A stretch of DNA of 47,375 bases. It comes from Octopus bimaculoides. Its lineage: Eukaryota. Below are positions 24,535 through 37,925 of the stretch, piece by piece (position 1 is the first letter of the stretch; every line of letters begins with the position of its first letter). The position numbers were made by a program, and so were the translations under genes. Location of the stretch: the NCBI RefSeq assembly GCF_001194135.2, contig NC_068995.1, forward strand, positions 53,092,832 to 53,140,206. Direction: 5' to 3'. The notes beneath the pieces are model-generated. The model searched no databases. It had not been told where the DNA came from and saw nothing but the letters and a program-made list of their open reading frames with translations.

Positions 24535-25525
24535 AACTTTCTTTATTGGCCACACAGGGCTGAACACAGAGGGGGCAAATACAAATGTAGAGCCTTTCTT
24601 TTCGAAAATGAAAAAGAAAAGGGGAAAATTTTTTAAAAAAAGTGAACTTCCGATCAAAAGGGATCGGGGGAAAAAAACGACCAAAAGGGATTGTGTATCA
24701 CAGAAGAATTTTAAAAATGTAAAAAGCAAGATTAGGTTTATCCGTGGAAAGAAAAGCCTACGGAAAAGACCACGGTAACCTCAGGCAGGGAGGGAATAAA
24801 CACATGAGAGCAAAGTGCTCTCCCTCACTCGTTTTTCGATTGACAGGATCATGCTCAAAGTGGTTTCGTCACTCGCACGCACCATCTTTGCTACATTCAC
24901 CCACCTTTTTTTGAAACTTTCACGAGGCAAAACCTGCCTCTCCATTCTCACCTTCCTCTTCAAGTGGTACTTGAAAAACGTTGATGAGCGATTGGCCAGA
25001 GAGGTAAGTGTTTGTTTCTAAACCTTTCGCTCGAGTCCACCACACACATTCTTTCACCATGGCCACCAGTATGATGAAGACTGCCTGGCCTTCCCGGTTG
25101 AGGGAGGGTGGCGGAGCAATTGTCACGACAGACTCGGCCGACAAGCGAACTCGCCCCACAAATGACAGCAGCCGTTCGGCATAAGCCCACATGTCCGAAA
25201 TGGTTAGACACTGCACGAGTGCGTGCAGAACGGTTTCGTCGCTCTGACCGCATCTCGGGCAAGTCGGTCCGGTGTGTCTCGAACCGTACCTGTAGAGCTT
25301 ATCCTGAGCAGGTAATGCTTCTCGATAGCACTGCCAGGCGACTGACTTTTCCCGGTTAATTTTTGCTCCCGTTACCGTTTCGTATTCGTTTAGTGTCTCG
25401 CCGACCAGGTCGAAGTGCTTCTGGCTCGACACTATGACGGTGACGTCGTCCGCGTATGCAGACACGCACCTCCCGCATCCCAGCTCTCGTGGGATGCCCC
25501 TCAGCATCGCCAGCTTCCGCAGTGG
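24535..25525 (-). mobile_element. Tx1/L1-clade non-LTR retrotransposon, 5'-truncated ORF2 with an internal deletion
   Basis: ORF 24920-25507 has the RT catalytic YADD (25445-25456) and GAKINREKS, then CPRCGQSDETVLHALVQC (zf-RVT-like knuckle, 25208-25261). After a frameshift it continues as ORF 24781-24963. A purine/pyrimidine-biased 3' UTR follows, with AATAAA at 24542-24547 (minus). Confidence 0.9.
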
Positions 25526-25919
25526 TGAAATAAAATCTTTAGTGCTAATGATAACTTTCGTTAAGTAAAGCCAAGGAGAGAACTGTAATTCAAAATGATT
25601 TAAAATTGAATGCAGGTATGTAGCGAGGAGAGAGTCTGATCTTTAGTAAGTACGAAGGGGGGGACAGCTGACAGGTTTCGGTCTCATTACAACTCCTCAG
25701 TGTAATGTTGTCATACTTGTACTTACCAGACATGCGAATGATAGTGAAAGCGTACAAGTTTTGAATAAAAAAATTATTCACCGAAATGTAATGATGATGC
25801 TGTATTAAGAGGAAATACAGCCTCCTTTAGAACTGCTAAATATTACAACATATCGTACTGCGGAAATTTTGCTTTTTGAAATCTAAGAGCTAGAGATATT
25901 TACATAGGATATAATGAAC

Positions 25920-26190
25920 CAAAGAGACAGTACGAAATATTTAAGCCTCAAAAGAATTGACCAAATATGTCGATTGTGCCAAATTTTTAACACAGATATT
26001 AAACGTGTGGTCAGTAACTGTCAAAACAAATCATTAACTATTGAGAAATTCGTTGACTTTACATCTAGATGATAACTTTAGATTTTCGCCTATAATTAAC
26101 AGCGGATGGTTATGTAATAAACTGCCAAAGCACATTTGTGGCAAGCTAGACTTCACAAAACGAGAAGACGACCCATGAGAAAACTGAAAT
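25920..26190 (+). mobile_element. Possible highly decayed R4/Dong-like LINE zinc-knuckle fragment
   Basis: Frame reads DQICRLCQIFNTDIKRVVSNCQ, resembling CRLCxxxxETxxHxxSGC. The His is absent and the downstream part is broken. Confidence 0.3.
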
Positions 26191-26333
26191 TACGAGCTGT
26201 TAATACAATTATTAAAAGAAGCGGGTAAATTATTCCAGAATTTTAGCCTCTGCTTATACGTGTATTTATATGCTTAGAGACAAACGGACATAAGACAAAC
26301 TAGAAATTGAAATACGCAAAGAGAATCATATGT

Positions 26334-26403
<70 letters not shown>

Positions 26404-27151
26404 TTTCGGTTGAATGTAGTGCATGCATGCATGAATTAAAAGGCGGGAAGCTGAAGGCTGAAGGATGGATGGATGGATGAATGGGTGGTTGGTGGGGTGG
26501 CTGAACGGGTCGATAGACGGGTGGACAGATGGGTTTGCAATCAAGAAACTAGGTTAGTGGTATAACATTGATATATTCTGTTATTTCTACATGAAAGCTC
26601 CTCCTACACAACGCAGCCTCCTCCTCCATCTCCTCTTCCACCTCTTACTCCACCAATTGTCTCAGTCCCCCCCCCTTCTCCCTCCCTCCCGTGTAAAGAT
26701 TAATCGGCTTCTATTGTGTACTCTGGTAGTTTATTGTTGTCCATGCTCCACCCACTTGCTGGCCGACTGGGAATAGTCGATGCCGTGTGACGGTGTGCGG
26801 GAGTCGTGTGGTGGAGTTTAACTGTGGTGACGGGAGGTGGAGAGAGAGCTGTGTCGGGGTGTTTTCTGGTTCGTCAGGGGTACCATGTGAACAAGCATGC
26901 ACGCATACACAACCGACACACAGTCACACAAACACACATGCACACGTGCACATACGCACACGAACACACATACACACATATACATTAGTGATTCGGTGTA
27001 AATGCACGTCTATATATGCGTATGTTCGTGCGCTTTTTACGCCCGTGGCTGTATATAAACCAGCCTGTGTGCAACCCTCTCTACTTGTATCAATATCTGT
27101 TTGTATATATGCATAGATATATACATGTAAGCTTGCATGCATGCATGTATA

Positions 27152-27546
27152 CTTTTTACTCTTTTACTTGTTTCAGTCATTTGACTGTGTCCATGCTGGA
27201 GCACGGCCTTTAGTCGAGAAAATCGACCCCAGGATTTATTCTTTGTAAGCCTAGTACTTATTCTATCAGTCTCTTTTGCCGAACCGCTAAGTTACGGAGA
27301 CGTAAACACACCAGCATCGGTTGTCAAGCGATGTTGGGGGGACAAACACAGACACACACACACATGTAAATACACACACATATATACGACAGGCTTCTTT
27401 CAGTTTCCGTCTACCAAATCCACTGACAAGTCTTTGGTCGGCCCAAGGCTATAGTAGAAGACACTTGCCCAAGGTGCAACGCAGTGGGACTGAACCCGGA
27501 ACCATGTGGTTGGTAAGCAAGCTACTTACCACACAGCCACTCTTGC
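27152..27546 (-). mobile_element. SINE family A, full length and little diverged
   Basis: Complete reverse copy from gagtggctgtgtggtaagtagcttgc through the CORE-like block and a short internal (TG)/(TA) tract to gactgaaacaagtaaaagagtaaaaa. Confidence 0.92.
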
Positions 27547-27606
27547 GTCTATATACACATGCACATATATACGTGTATATATACATATATATATATATAT
27601 ACACAG

Positions 27607-27638
<32 letters not shown>

Positions 27639-28064
27639 GCACGAACATAAATATATATAACATGTATGTAATTGTGTATATACATAATATATGTATGTAA
27701 TTGAGTGTAGATATAATCTACGTATGTAATAGCATATATAGGTATTATTCAAATACATAGGGCGTGTCGGCACGGCCATATCTATGCCTACATCATCTGC
27801 ATATTCACATAAGCCCATGTGAAGTCTAAAGTAATAAAATCGCTGTTGTTGGCTGAGAATTTCACAGGATTTTCACATCTAAAAGAAATCTGCTTACATT
27901 AAGAGATTTTTCGGTAAGTATACCTGTCGGGTATAATGTGGAGACTCGCAGAGAGAAATTGGAGCTTAACGGATGTGTCTCTTCAAGAGATGTTCTTCGC
28001 ATTGCGAATATGTAATTCCAGTAAGAAGGAACATTCTCCAAAGAAGTCAGCAAGGCGAAGATGT

Positions 28065-28105
<41 letters not shown>

Positions 28106-28273
28106 CACTTGATCCCGCTTTCTCTGTACCTTAAGACAAAATATTTGAAGCATAAATGTGTGTATGCGTGTATATACATGTATATACATATATACATGCT
28201 CTCTATCACAGACACACAGACACTATACACACATATATACGCTTACATATATTCATATATGCTTATACATGTT

Positions 28274-28309
<36 letters not shown>

Positions 28310-28519
28310 NNNNNNNNNNCTGTGTCAGACTCTCACACACTTTCTGTCTCATGTGTGTGTGTGTGTGTGTGTAGATATAACTCAATGAATCGCATGCATA
28401 CAAAATACGCAGAACACGTGTTCTCTTTTATAGGTCGACGACGTGAAAGAAGTTGTGGCTCTCTAAGAGATATTTAACCTCGATGCATAACTCTTACAGG
28501 AGGAAAGAAAATCAGATTA

Positions 28520-28550
<31 letters not shown>

Positions 28551-29124
28551 CCTGACACACACACACAAACACACAGAATTCTGTTTCTTACTTTTTCCTT
28601 ACATTCAAGAATCTGCGGCATATATTTCACCAGTAGCAACATAAACCTACATGGTATAAGACAGTTACCCATAATTCCTGCAGTATATAATCCACTTTAT
28701 GGATTATCTATAATTTTTCATAGTAATCCGGCAATGAAATCCTATTTGTCTTAATATATTAATAAAATGCTTGTATCCATAGTTTTACAGATCTAATTGA
28801 GTCCATGTATTACATGTGATGTTGGTGTCCTAATATTAGTCCTGTACTGATAATCCGTTGTTGATCTACAGTACTCCAATTCATTAATCTGCTGTGTACT
28901 GTCTATTCTATGGAGGATATTATATACCTATAGGGTATATACTATGATCATATAATACTCATAGTATACTGAATCTATATTGTTATTGCGATAGCGTACA
29001 TATATACTTCTTAACAACCTATAATCTAATTCATCTATGTATACACACACACATACATACATGCATGCATACATACATGCATACACACATACATACATAC
29101 ATACATACATATAGCAAATATATC

Positions 29125-29400
29125 GATTTCAAATTTTGCGCGAGGCCAGCAATTTTGAGGGAGGATGAAAGGCCAAGCAATTACTTGAAAGGACGAAAGG
29201 CAAAGTTGCCACCGGAAGCATTTGAACACAGAACGTAAAGTCGGAAGAACCCCAGTTCTGAGTTCAAATTCTGCCAAGGTTGACTTTACCCTTTCGTCCT
29301 TTCGGGATCGATAAATTAAGTACCAGTGAAACACTTGGGTCGATGTCATCGACTAGTCCCCTCCCCACAAATTTCAAACCGTGTGCCTGTAGTAGAAAGG
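29125..29400. mobile_element. Head-to-head pair of 5'-truncated SINE family B copies
   Basis: Minus copy at about 29125-29240 and plus copy at about 29255-29400. Arms 29187-29234 and 29255-29303 are reverse complements at about 38 of 49 positions (hand alignment). Confidence 0.85.
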
Positions 29401-29637
29401 CTTATTATCATTATTATTAGTAGCGTAGTAGTTTCTATTATTGTTGTTGTTGGTGATGGTGAATCGTATCAAATAGTATAACAATTTAACTCTACCATTC
29501 AAGAACAGAAGCCATCCCTCTGGTGACCATCCACACAGATTTTATTCTTCAAAGCTACTCATCTCTCAAAATCTACGTCGTTGCAAAATAAACTTATGAG
29601 AACATACTCATAGCAATTCGCTGCACCTTTACTGCAC

Positions 29638-29690
<53 letters not shown>

Positions 29691-30086
29691 TGATGATGAT
29701 AACTGGTCTATTTTTAGCAACATTACATCGTGCAAAAAGGTGCAGCTCTATGCACTAATCAGCATCAGCGCTAGCCGGATGTCTGGAGCAAATTCTTTGG
29801 AATTCTTCGGAATTTTTAGTTCGTTTGGAATTTGTCTGCTGTATTTATTATTTTTCCTTCTCGTCAGTTCTTCAACAGGAAAAACAACAACAACAATAAC
29901 AACAACAGCAACAGTAACAACATCAACAATAGTATCGGCAGCAGCAGCAACAACCACAACATCAATAATAGTAAATGCCGTTACAAAGAAAAAAAATCAA
30001 TATTTCTTTGAGATATGAAGAATTTTTACCTTCAATCCTATTTCGGTTATATTCATCACGTCACTAAATCTCTTTGAGTGTGTGTA

Positions 30087-30146
<60 letters not shown>

Positions 30147-30475
30147 NNNNNNNNNNNNNNNNNNNNNNNNNNNNNNNNNNNNNNNNNNNNNNNNNNNNNN
30201 NNNNNNNNNNNNNNNNNNNNNNNNNNNNNNNNNNNNNNNNNNNNNNNNNNNNNNNNNNNNNNNNNNNNNNNNNNNNNNNNNNNNNNNNNNNNNNNNNNNN
30301 NNNNNNNNNNNNNNNNNNNNNNNNNNNNNNNNNNNNNNNNNNNNNNNNNNNNNNNNNNNNNNNNNNNNNNNNNNNNNNNNNNNNNNNNNNNNNNNNNNNN
30401 NNNNNNNNNNNNNNNNNNNNNNNNNNNNNNNNNNNNNNNNNNNNNNNNNNNNNNNNNNNNNNNNNNNNNNNNNNN

Positions 30476-30534
<59 letters not shown>

Positions 30535-31224
30535 CATCGGTTATTCAATCAACATTTAGTTTGGAGGCGTGAGGCAAGGAATATCTGGCGGTGAAGAGTA
30601 TTGATATCGGCAAGGCTTCAATTGGAATACTGTGGAGCAGAAATAAGGAAGGCCAGAAGGGAAACGATCGGCTGAATGTCTTATTCGGAGTTATTTGAGA
30701 TGTTGTCCGTGTGTCCACATCCACTATGAATTACCTGACAGTGGTTTTGTGTATTTCTTTGCAGAAACACACGTATATATTCACACACACACACACACAC
30801 ACACTCACACATACATACAATACAAACATACATACATATATTCATATATCTTTATAATACATATATATATATAGTTTTAGGGAAAAGAACCAGGTTTCAT
30901 GATTTTAATTGAGTTTTTACCTGTAATTTTGGATTTTGTCCCTAATATTGTTATATATATATATATATATATNNNNNNNNNNNNNNNNNNNNNNNNNNNN
31001 NNNNNNNNNNNNNNNNNNNNNNNNNNNNNNNNNNNNNNNNNNNNNNNNNNNNNNNNNNNNNNNNNNNNNNNNNNNNNNNNNNNNNNNNNNNNNNNNNNNN
31101 NNNNNNNNNNNNNNNNNNNNNNNNNNNNNNNNNNNNNNNNNNNNNNNNNNNNNNNNNNNNNNNNNNNNNNNNNNNNNNNNNNNNNNNNNNNNNNNNNNNN
31201 NNNNNNNNNNNNNNNNNNNNNNNN

Positions 31225-31267
<43 letters not shown>

Positions 31268-32082
31268 ATATATATATATCAGATAGATAGATAGATAGAT
31301 AACCACGTAATACAGTATATTCAGCGACTGGATTCACTCCCAGCTGGGCTTGTCTACTTGGGAGTGCAGTGGTGATGGTGGTGGTGGTGGTGGTGGTGGT
31401 GGTGGAATCACACAACGGCATTATAGATGCAAGAGGGGTCAAGATGAGCTCCTTGAAACAAGATGGCACCCATATCCTGGGAAGGAAATGGGTGCCACCA
31501 GTATTAGCAATCCAAATGAAACACTTAAATAGCAATTACATTAATGTGTGTAGTCATAGACCGGAGCGGCTGAGGTCCGGAAAGACGAAGTCTGAGCGTA
31601 GGCGGGAAAGATTTGTTTAAATATTCAGGTGAATTTCAGTGGCAGAAATACTATGGGAACGGCTTACGCACGCACACACACACACACGCATGGATGCACA
31701 GACACATACATACATACACACATTTACGCACACACACACACACACATGCATAGAAGCATACATAGATAGACATATACACACGCACACACATACATACACA
31801 CACACACCAACTCTCATTCAAATCACGTCAGATGCCGTCTGGTATTCACAAAGAAAAAACACACGATAATATTGTTGGTTAGTCTTTGATGATAGGAGAA
31901 TTCGATTAAGATCGATCTGGAAGCAAGCAACGAAAAGAGACCTAAGATCGTAGAGTTAAATGCCTGGCAGGATTTGTTCTTTCTATCCAGCCGAAGCCCA
32001 CATTGTCTTTCATCCTTTCGTGGTTGATAAATAAAGTACAGTTCAGAGTGAAAGATTAGTGGAACTGTAAGAGGGTCGGACC

Positions 32083-32260
32083 CAGGGCTGGATTAAGACC
32101 CAAAGAGGCCCCAAGCTCTTTAAAAATATTGGTGCCTTCGTATACATATATGTAATTCAATCTATGGACAATAATAAAACATAAAATGAAGTTTTATTTT
32201 TCAAAATGTTATACAGCTGACAGTAACATGGAAAATAATGTCTACTTTTGTGCAGACTTT
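32083..32260 (+). mobile_element. One end of a hAT-like non-autonomous DNA element
   Basis: Begins cagggctggattaagacccaaagaggccccaagc...ggtgcc, a CAGGGCxGGATT-type terminus. The partner TIR was not found. Confidence 0.35.
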
Positions 32261-32399
32261 TACGCGGTATGGCATGGGATGGAGTACATGATGCCAGAGA
32301 GCATAACATGGTCCTCAAAGTAAGGGAAGATGGAATACGTGTTATATCTGAAACTATAGACCTGTGATTCCCACATGGGTCTTATGAGCCAACAAAGGA

Positions 32400-32545
32400 T
32401 GCCCAACGTGGTTATTTGTCCTTCGAGCAATAGCAGCCAATCTTGCCTTCTCCAGAGTTCAGCCGTCGCCACTGGTCTCTGTACAAGGACCTGTCCAATC
32501 TTTGATGCTGTCCAACCAGGATTTTCTCTGGAATTCAAGAACTTT
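32400..32545 (-). mobile_element. RTE-like LINE 3' end fragment
   Basis: Minus strand reads QRKSWLDSIKDWTG, then (other frame) RDQWR, matching the RTE C-terminal RKSWxDxIKxWTG...DRxxWR pattern with an internal deletion. Confidence 0.6.
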
Positions 32546-32649
32546 AGTAGCAACAACTCAAAACACGAATAAGAACAAGAGAACAACCACAAATTACGAG
32601 CAACGGAAACAACACAAACAACAACATCAATAACAGGCTCAACAATAAC

Positions 32650-32864
32650 ACAAATTAGGCAGAAGCCTCTTTGCTGTCGCTCAATCTGCTAAAAATAGCA
32701 ACCTAGTCTTAAAGACAACAGACATTATAAAATGCTCATTTTGCAAAATGTAATCCTAGATACTTTGTGCCTTAAATAAAGGATGAAACATCTAAATACT
32801 GGTTTGGTTTGCTTTTGGCCGTAAGTTTGCTCCATCAGCACTGACCTGGAGCAATAAACAACAC

Positions 32865-32870
<6 letters not shown>
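32650..32870 (+). repeat. Interspersed repeat family C copy
   Basis: ctcaatctgctaaaaatagcaacc...aatgtaatcctagatac...gcactgacctggagcaataaacaacacc. Confidence 0.6.
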
Positions 32871-32902
<32 letters not shown>

Positions 32903-32998
32903 ACAACAGCAACAGTCTTATACTTTCAAGCTATTTTGAATGACTATCCTCTGACCGCTCAAAGCAACACAACCGAACACACACGCACGCACACACTC

Positions 32999-33099
<101 letters not shown>

Positions 33100-33298
33100 T
33101 GTGTCCCTTTCATCTTAACTAACACTTAAGTTATGTTCGACTTTGAGGCAATTCAGTGGAATCGTTCTGACAGGGAGAGCTTTCATCCGTGTTTGCAAGC
33201 ATGCATGTGTACAAGCTTGTTGGCACAGATAGACACTTATACACCTGCATATACGCATGCGTGCAAACATACGCACACGCGCGCAGATATAGGTATAA

Positions 33299-33345
<47 letters not shown>

Positions 33346-33446
33346 GACGCTGAAAGGGAAAAAATGGATAGATGAGATGGCTAAATAACTTGAAAGATAT
33401 ACACATAAATCGATTAGTATANNNNNNNNNNNNNNNNNNNNNNNNN

Positions 33447-33514
<68 letters not shown>

Positions 33515-33548
33515 CGCAAAGCAATTATTTGGCAATGACCGCTCTCTT

Positions 33549-33579
<31 letters not shown>

Positions 33580-33604
33580 ATATGTACCTTTGTATCTATC
33601 CATT

Positions 33605-33637
<33 letters not shown>

Positions 33638-34683
33638 ACATATGCATGTAAGCATGTATGTATGGATGGATGTATTGATGGATGGGTGGATGCATGCATG
33701 ATCGTGTGTGTGTGTATGCGTGCGTGTGTGAATGGTAGTTTGTATGGAGAGGTAGAACACAAATAGAAACAGTGGAAGTGAAGTTAAAACTTCGCAAGAA
33801 TACATGGCGATATGTATGTATGTATGTATGTATGTATATATGTATGTATGTGTGTATGTTTGTGTGTCTGTATGTATGTGTATGTATTGTAGGGGGATTA
33901 TATCTGCGTTGATATGCATGCGTAAGAAAACGGAAGGAATAAGATCGTGCGGGTGATAATGGGACAGCGAGAGCGTGGGCAAAAAGAGAAGCAGTGTGAG
34001 ATAGAATCAGGGAGGGAGGAACGGATTAAGAGCTGGCTAGATATATATACAAATAGATATATAGGGAGTCAGAAGACGCGAGAGTTGAAAGGAAATTTAT
34101 CGGTATTTATAGACGGGAGGAATATATTCTCCAATTATCGGTTGATTTGTCCGTGGCTTTTCAAGTCTTACCAATTCTAATCATTGCAATTAAATACGTT
34201 GGCAGGCGTCTCCTTCAGTCTGTTGTAGCCATCTTAGCGGAATGGCAACACACTCATTGTTAAGATCTATTATTTGAAGTGACTATCCGATGAATGTTTT
34301 CAAACTGCCGTTGCATTTCGAAGCACGCAAATTTCTTGCAGTAAGACGCTCTATGAACAGAATAAACCGAAAGAAACGCTTCAAGAACATACGATGTCAT
34401 CTTAAAATGATACGATTTTGATATCAACACATGTCATATCGTAGCATCTCACATCATAGTTTATCATATTACATCGTAGTTTATGATATTATATACAGTA
34501 TTACGGTATATAATAGGCTTATATTATCTAGATCTAGTTATACCCCCCCCCCAACCACCCTTATTGCCCTGTAGTCATTCTTACGCTCACCTATCTCATC
34601 TTCAGTAATCTGGTGTGGCAATCTGTTTGAGCTATTAACTTTGCCTGCAGTTGGATTCTTCTGATATAATTTGCAGAGTCTTC

Positions 34684-35041
34684 ATACACACACATGCACA
34701 CATGCACACATGCACACACACACACACATACACACATGCACACACATGCACACACATATACACACATACATACATATACACTCACATACACACACATGCA
34801 CATATATGCACACACATATACACACACATACACGCGCACATACACACATACACACTCACATATACACACAAACACGCACATGCACATACACACACATACA
34901 CACATACATACACACATCCACATACAGACACACACATATATACATACACATACACAGACACATACACACACTTGTATACACATACACACATACACACATA
35001 CACACATACACATACAAACACACACATATACACACACACGT
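34684..35041. repeat. Degenerate (CA)/(CATA) compound microsatellite
   Basis: Directly visible. It is the source of the poly-HT and poly-VC ORFs. Confidence 0.95.
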
Positions 35042-35786
35042 ATAGGTATATGCAAGTAAAGAACATGTATGAATATAATCGCATTCTTATTCTTTTATTC
35101 TGTTACTTGTAGCTGCCATACTGGAGCACCGCCTCAAAGTGCTTAGTCCAACAAATCGACCGTAATGTTTATTTTTAAACCGGGTAATTTTTCTATCGAT
35201 CTTTTTTACCGAAGTGTCTGGAGCGCTACAGCAAATGCATTGAATTCAAATCATTATACTTCGAAAGATATTAAAGTTTTGTACTTCATTGAAATTCATA
35301 AATGTCTCTTCTAAAAAGGTCTTACAAATTCTAGAACGCACCTTGTACCTTGTATTTCAATATTTCGGCGTTAGAAGACCTTATTCAAGAAATCTCTGCT
35401 CTGTACTATATATATATATATATCAAGGGATGTATAAATATATTCCTCGCGGACTATACATACTGCTTGATTTTTCTCCTTGTCTAGTATCCATATCTTT
35501 TTTTTTTTTTTTTGAGATGGATGCGTTGCCAGACTGTGGGCAAAATTGCTAGAACTCCGCAAGACGACATCGACAACAACAACAATTATAATAATAAAAC
35601 TAATATTAATAATGATTTACATTAATAAAAATTGAAACAAAAAAAATCAATAAAAATAGATCAACAGCGAAATAAAAATAATAAACTAAAAATACTGAAA
35701 ATAAATCACTGATAGTCAAGATTTTCCCCTGGCAATTTACAAAATCGATAATTACAGTTATAAATCTGTTTGAAATAGTCTAATGA

Positions 35787-35859
<73 letters not shown>

Positions 35860-37015
35860 TCTCTCACTGTTTCTCTTTCTCTGTGATATTGTATAGACAG
35901 TTTGCTGGTAGAATTTACAATTAAGATTAATCACTAACAAAATCAAATCGACAGAAACCTCTCCGTTAACCCTCGATTGTGTCACTTACCTTCGAAATAT
36001 GATTAAATATGACGTTATTGTGTAATGGGAGCAGTGGAGCAGAAATCTGCTTCCGGTGATCGAAAGCTGTGGTTAATGATTTGTTTGTTTGTTTAATTAT
36101 TAGAAAGGCCAGAGAAGATTGTTATAGTTGTTGTTGATATTTTATCGGTTTACTCTCCAAGAAGGTGCTGTGTCCATGACCCGACCTCACATGACCATCA
36201 GAGCCGATTAGATCAATGCATAATTAAAGATATTACAGGCCTGACCATCTTGACCTGATCTCAGACATTGTCCAATATGTCCTTCAGTATTTTTGAAGAC
36301 TTTAGATTGTGAATTGAGGAAAAATTTGTGGTTATTTCTAGCAGGACACATAGAAACTTTCCCCATTGGCCTTGTCAGAGAATGAATGGTGGAAGGAATG
36401 GTGGATATTAGAATTGAAAGAGCTCCACCGGATAAAACATCCTGTCAACGAGTTGCGTCACGTCACGTTGAGATGCGGAATGAATCGATTGGGCACGGCT
36501 GTTTAGACGCTGGCGATTTGGCACGGTTGACAGGACATTCATCCTGGTTTGGTGACTGTACTTTTTGTCCCATTTTTTGTATTCCTTTATATATATATAG
36601 GTATAGATAATAGATAGACAGACTGACGGGCAGACAAACAGACAGATAGATAGATAGATTAGAGTCAAAGTGAAACTGAAACTATGTGATGCACATATCA
36701 CAGTTGTTTAACCAGGCTAATCATGTACCACAGCGTTCTGGCCCTGACCATCGCGTCTTTTTCAACTGTGTATAGGACTAAGAACAGTTGTTTAATGCGG
36801 TAGTTGGCTGCTATTTTTTGCATATCGAGTGACCGCATAGAAATGTACACTTTTTTTCTGAGGTATTTGTGATGTAAGCGAAGTTGATCAGCTATAATTG
36901 GGAATCGATGCCAGACTGTTGGTTCCGTGTTTTTGCGACTATAAAAACTACTTCAAGGAGACATTCGCATTCTAATGGACTTAAATGCGATACACACACA
37001 CACACACACACACAC

Positions 37016-37051
<36 letters not shown>

Positions 37052-37101
37052 GTGTACGCACACACACTCAAACACACATGTATATACGTACCGAAATATG
37101 G

Positions 37102-37139
<38 letters not shown>

Positions 37140-37579
37140 GTGTGTGTGTGTCTGCGTGCGTGTGTGTGTATGTCTGCGTGTGTGTGTATGTATATTATAT
37201 GTCGTACATGTGTGTATATGTGTGTACGTCTACGTAACCAATACTACGCACTTGGAAACGATTGCTTTGACCTAATCTATACTGTTATTTCCTCACACTA
37301 CCACTTATGAAAGCAACCATCTCTCTCTTTCTCATTCTTCCTTCCTCACACCTCGCTCTCTTCATCACATTCCTCATCACTCTCTCTCCCAACATGTTTA
37401 GCCAATCGCCTTTAATCTATTCACTTCCTGTTCGCTTCTACCAGCCATGACATTACGACATTGTCAAAGCACGTTCATTTTCACTGTTTCACAGCTCGCG
37501 ACAGCAAAACTCACCAGTTTCTACGGCCTACTGATTAGTCTGACATCATCTATTACTCCAGTGCTTCAAAATCTTTCTC

Positions 37580-37925
37580 GTATTACACAAGATGAGAAAG
37601 AGATTCAAGGATTGCAAAAGACTCAGCTTCTGTTTTGCCATCCTTGGGCCTGGATGAGTGAGAGAACCATGAGATGTTGTGAATTATTAAGTCGCCAAAG
37701 ACGATAAATTCAGAAAGGGATGATGCGGTAGACATGTTTCCATTGCAAGAGGAGATATCGTCAAAGAGACGCCAGTGATTTGAGGAATTAAGCAAGCAAT
37801 GGAGGGCACATATATATTTGCATGATTGAGGGAGTAAAGATCTCGATCCATAGGAGCTGGAAGCCATAATTGCTGATATTTTATTGAAGGGTAAGTGACA
37901 GGGAGTTCGGAGCTTACGTCAGTGT
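37580..37925 (-). mobile_element. CR1/Jockey-group LINE apurinic endonuclease domain fragment
   Basis: ORF 37583-37867 contains FDDISS...EFIVFGDLIIHNISWFSHSS...EAESFAILESLSHLV, matching the APE pattern IIxxGDFNxHxxxW...GxxxxxFxxxxxLxQLV. Confidence 0.7.

Noticed and set aside
25718-25730. tacttacca resembling the U1 snRNA 5' end or a minus-strand donor
   Set aside because: No further U1 similarity or Sm site follows. The upstream minus frame is AT-rich and unconvincing as an exon.
27480-27546. tRNA-like sequences in SINE heads
   Set aside because: A/B-box-like motifs are present, but they run straight into SINE bodies and lack a full cloverleaf, so they are not tRNA genes.
32256-32320. Plus-strand segment with good AG and gtaagg sites, two frames open
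   Set aside because: It adjoins an RTE-like fragment and a DNA-transposon end, the frame is ambiguous and there is no recognisable homology.
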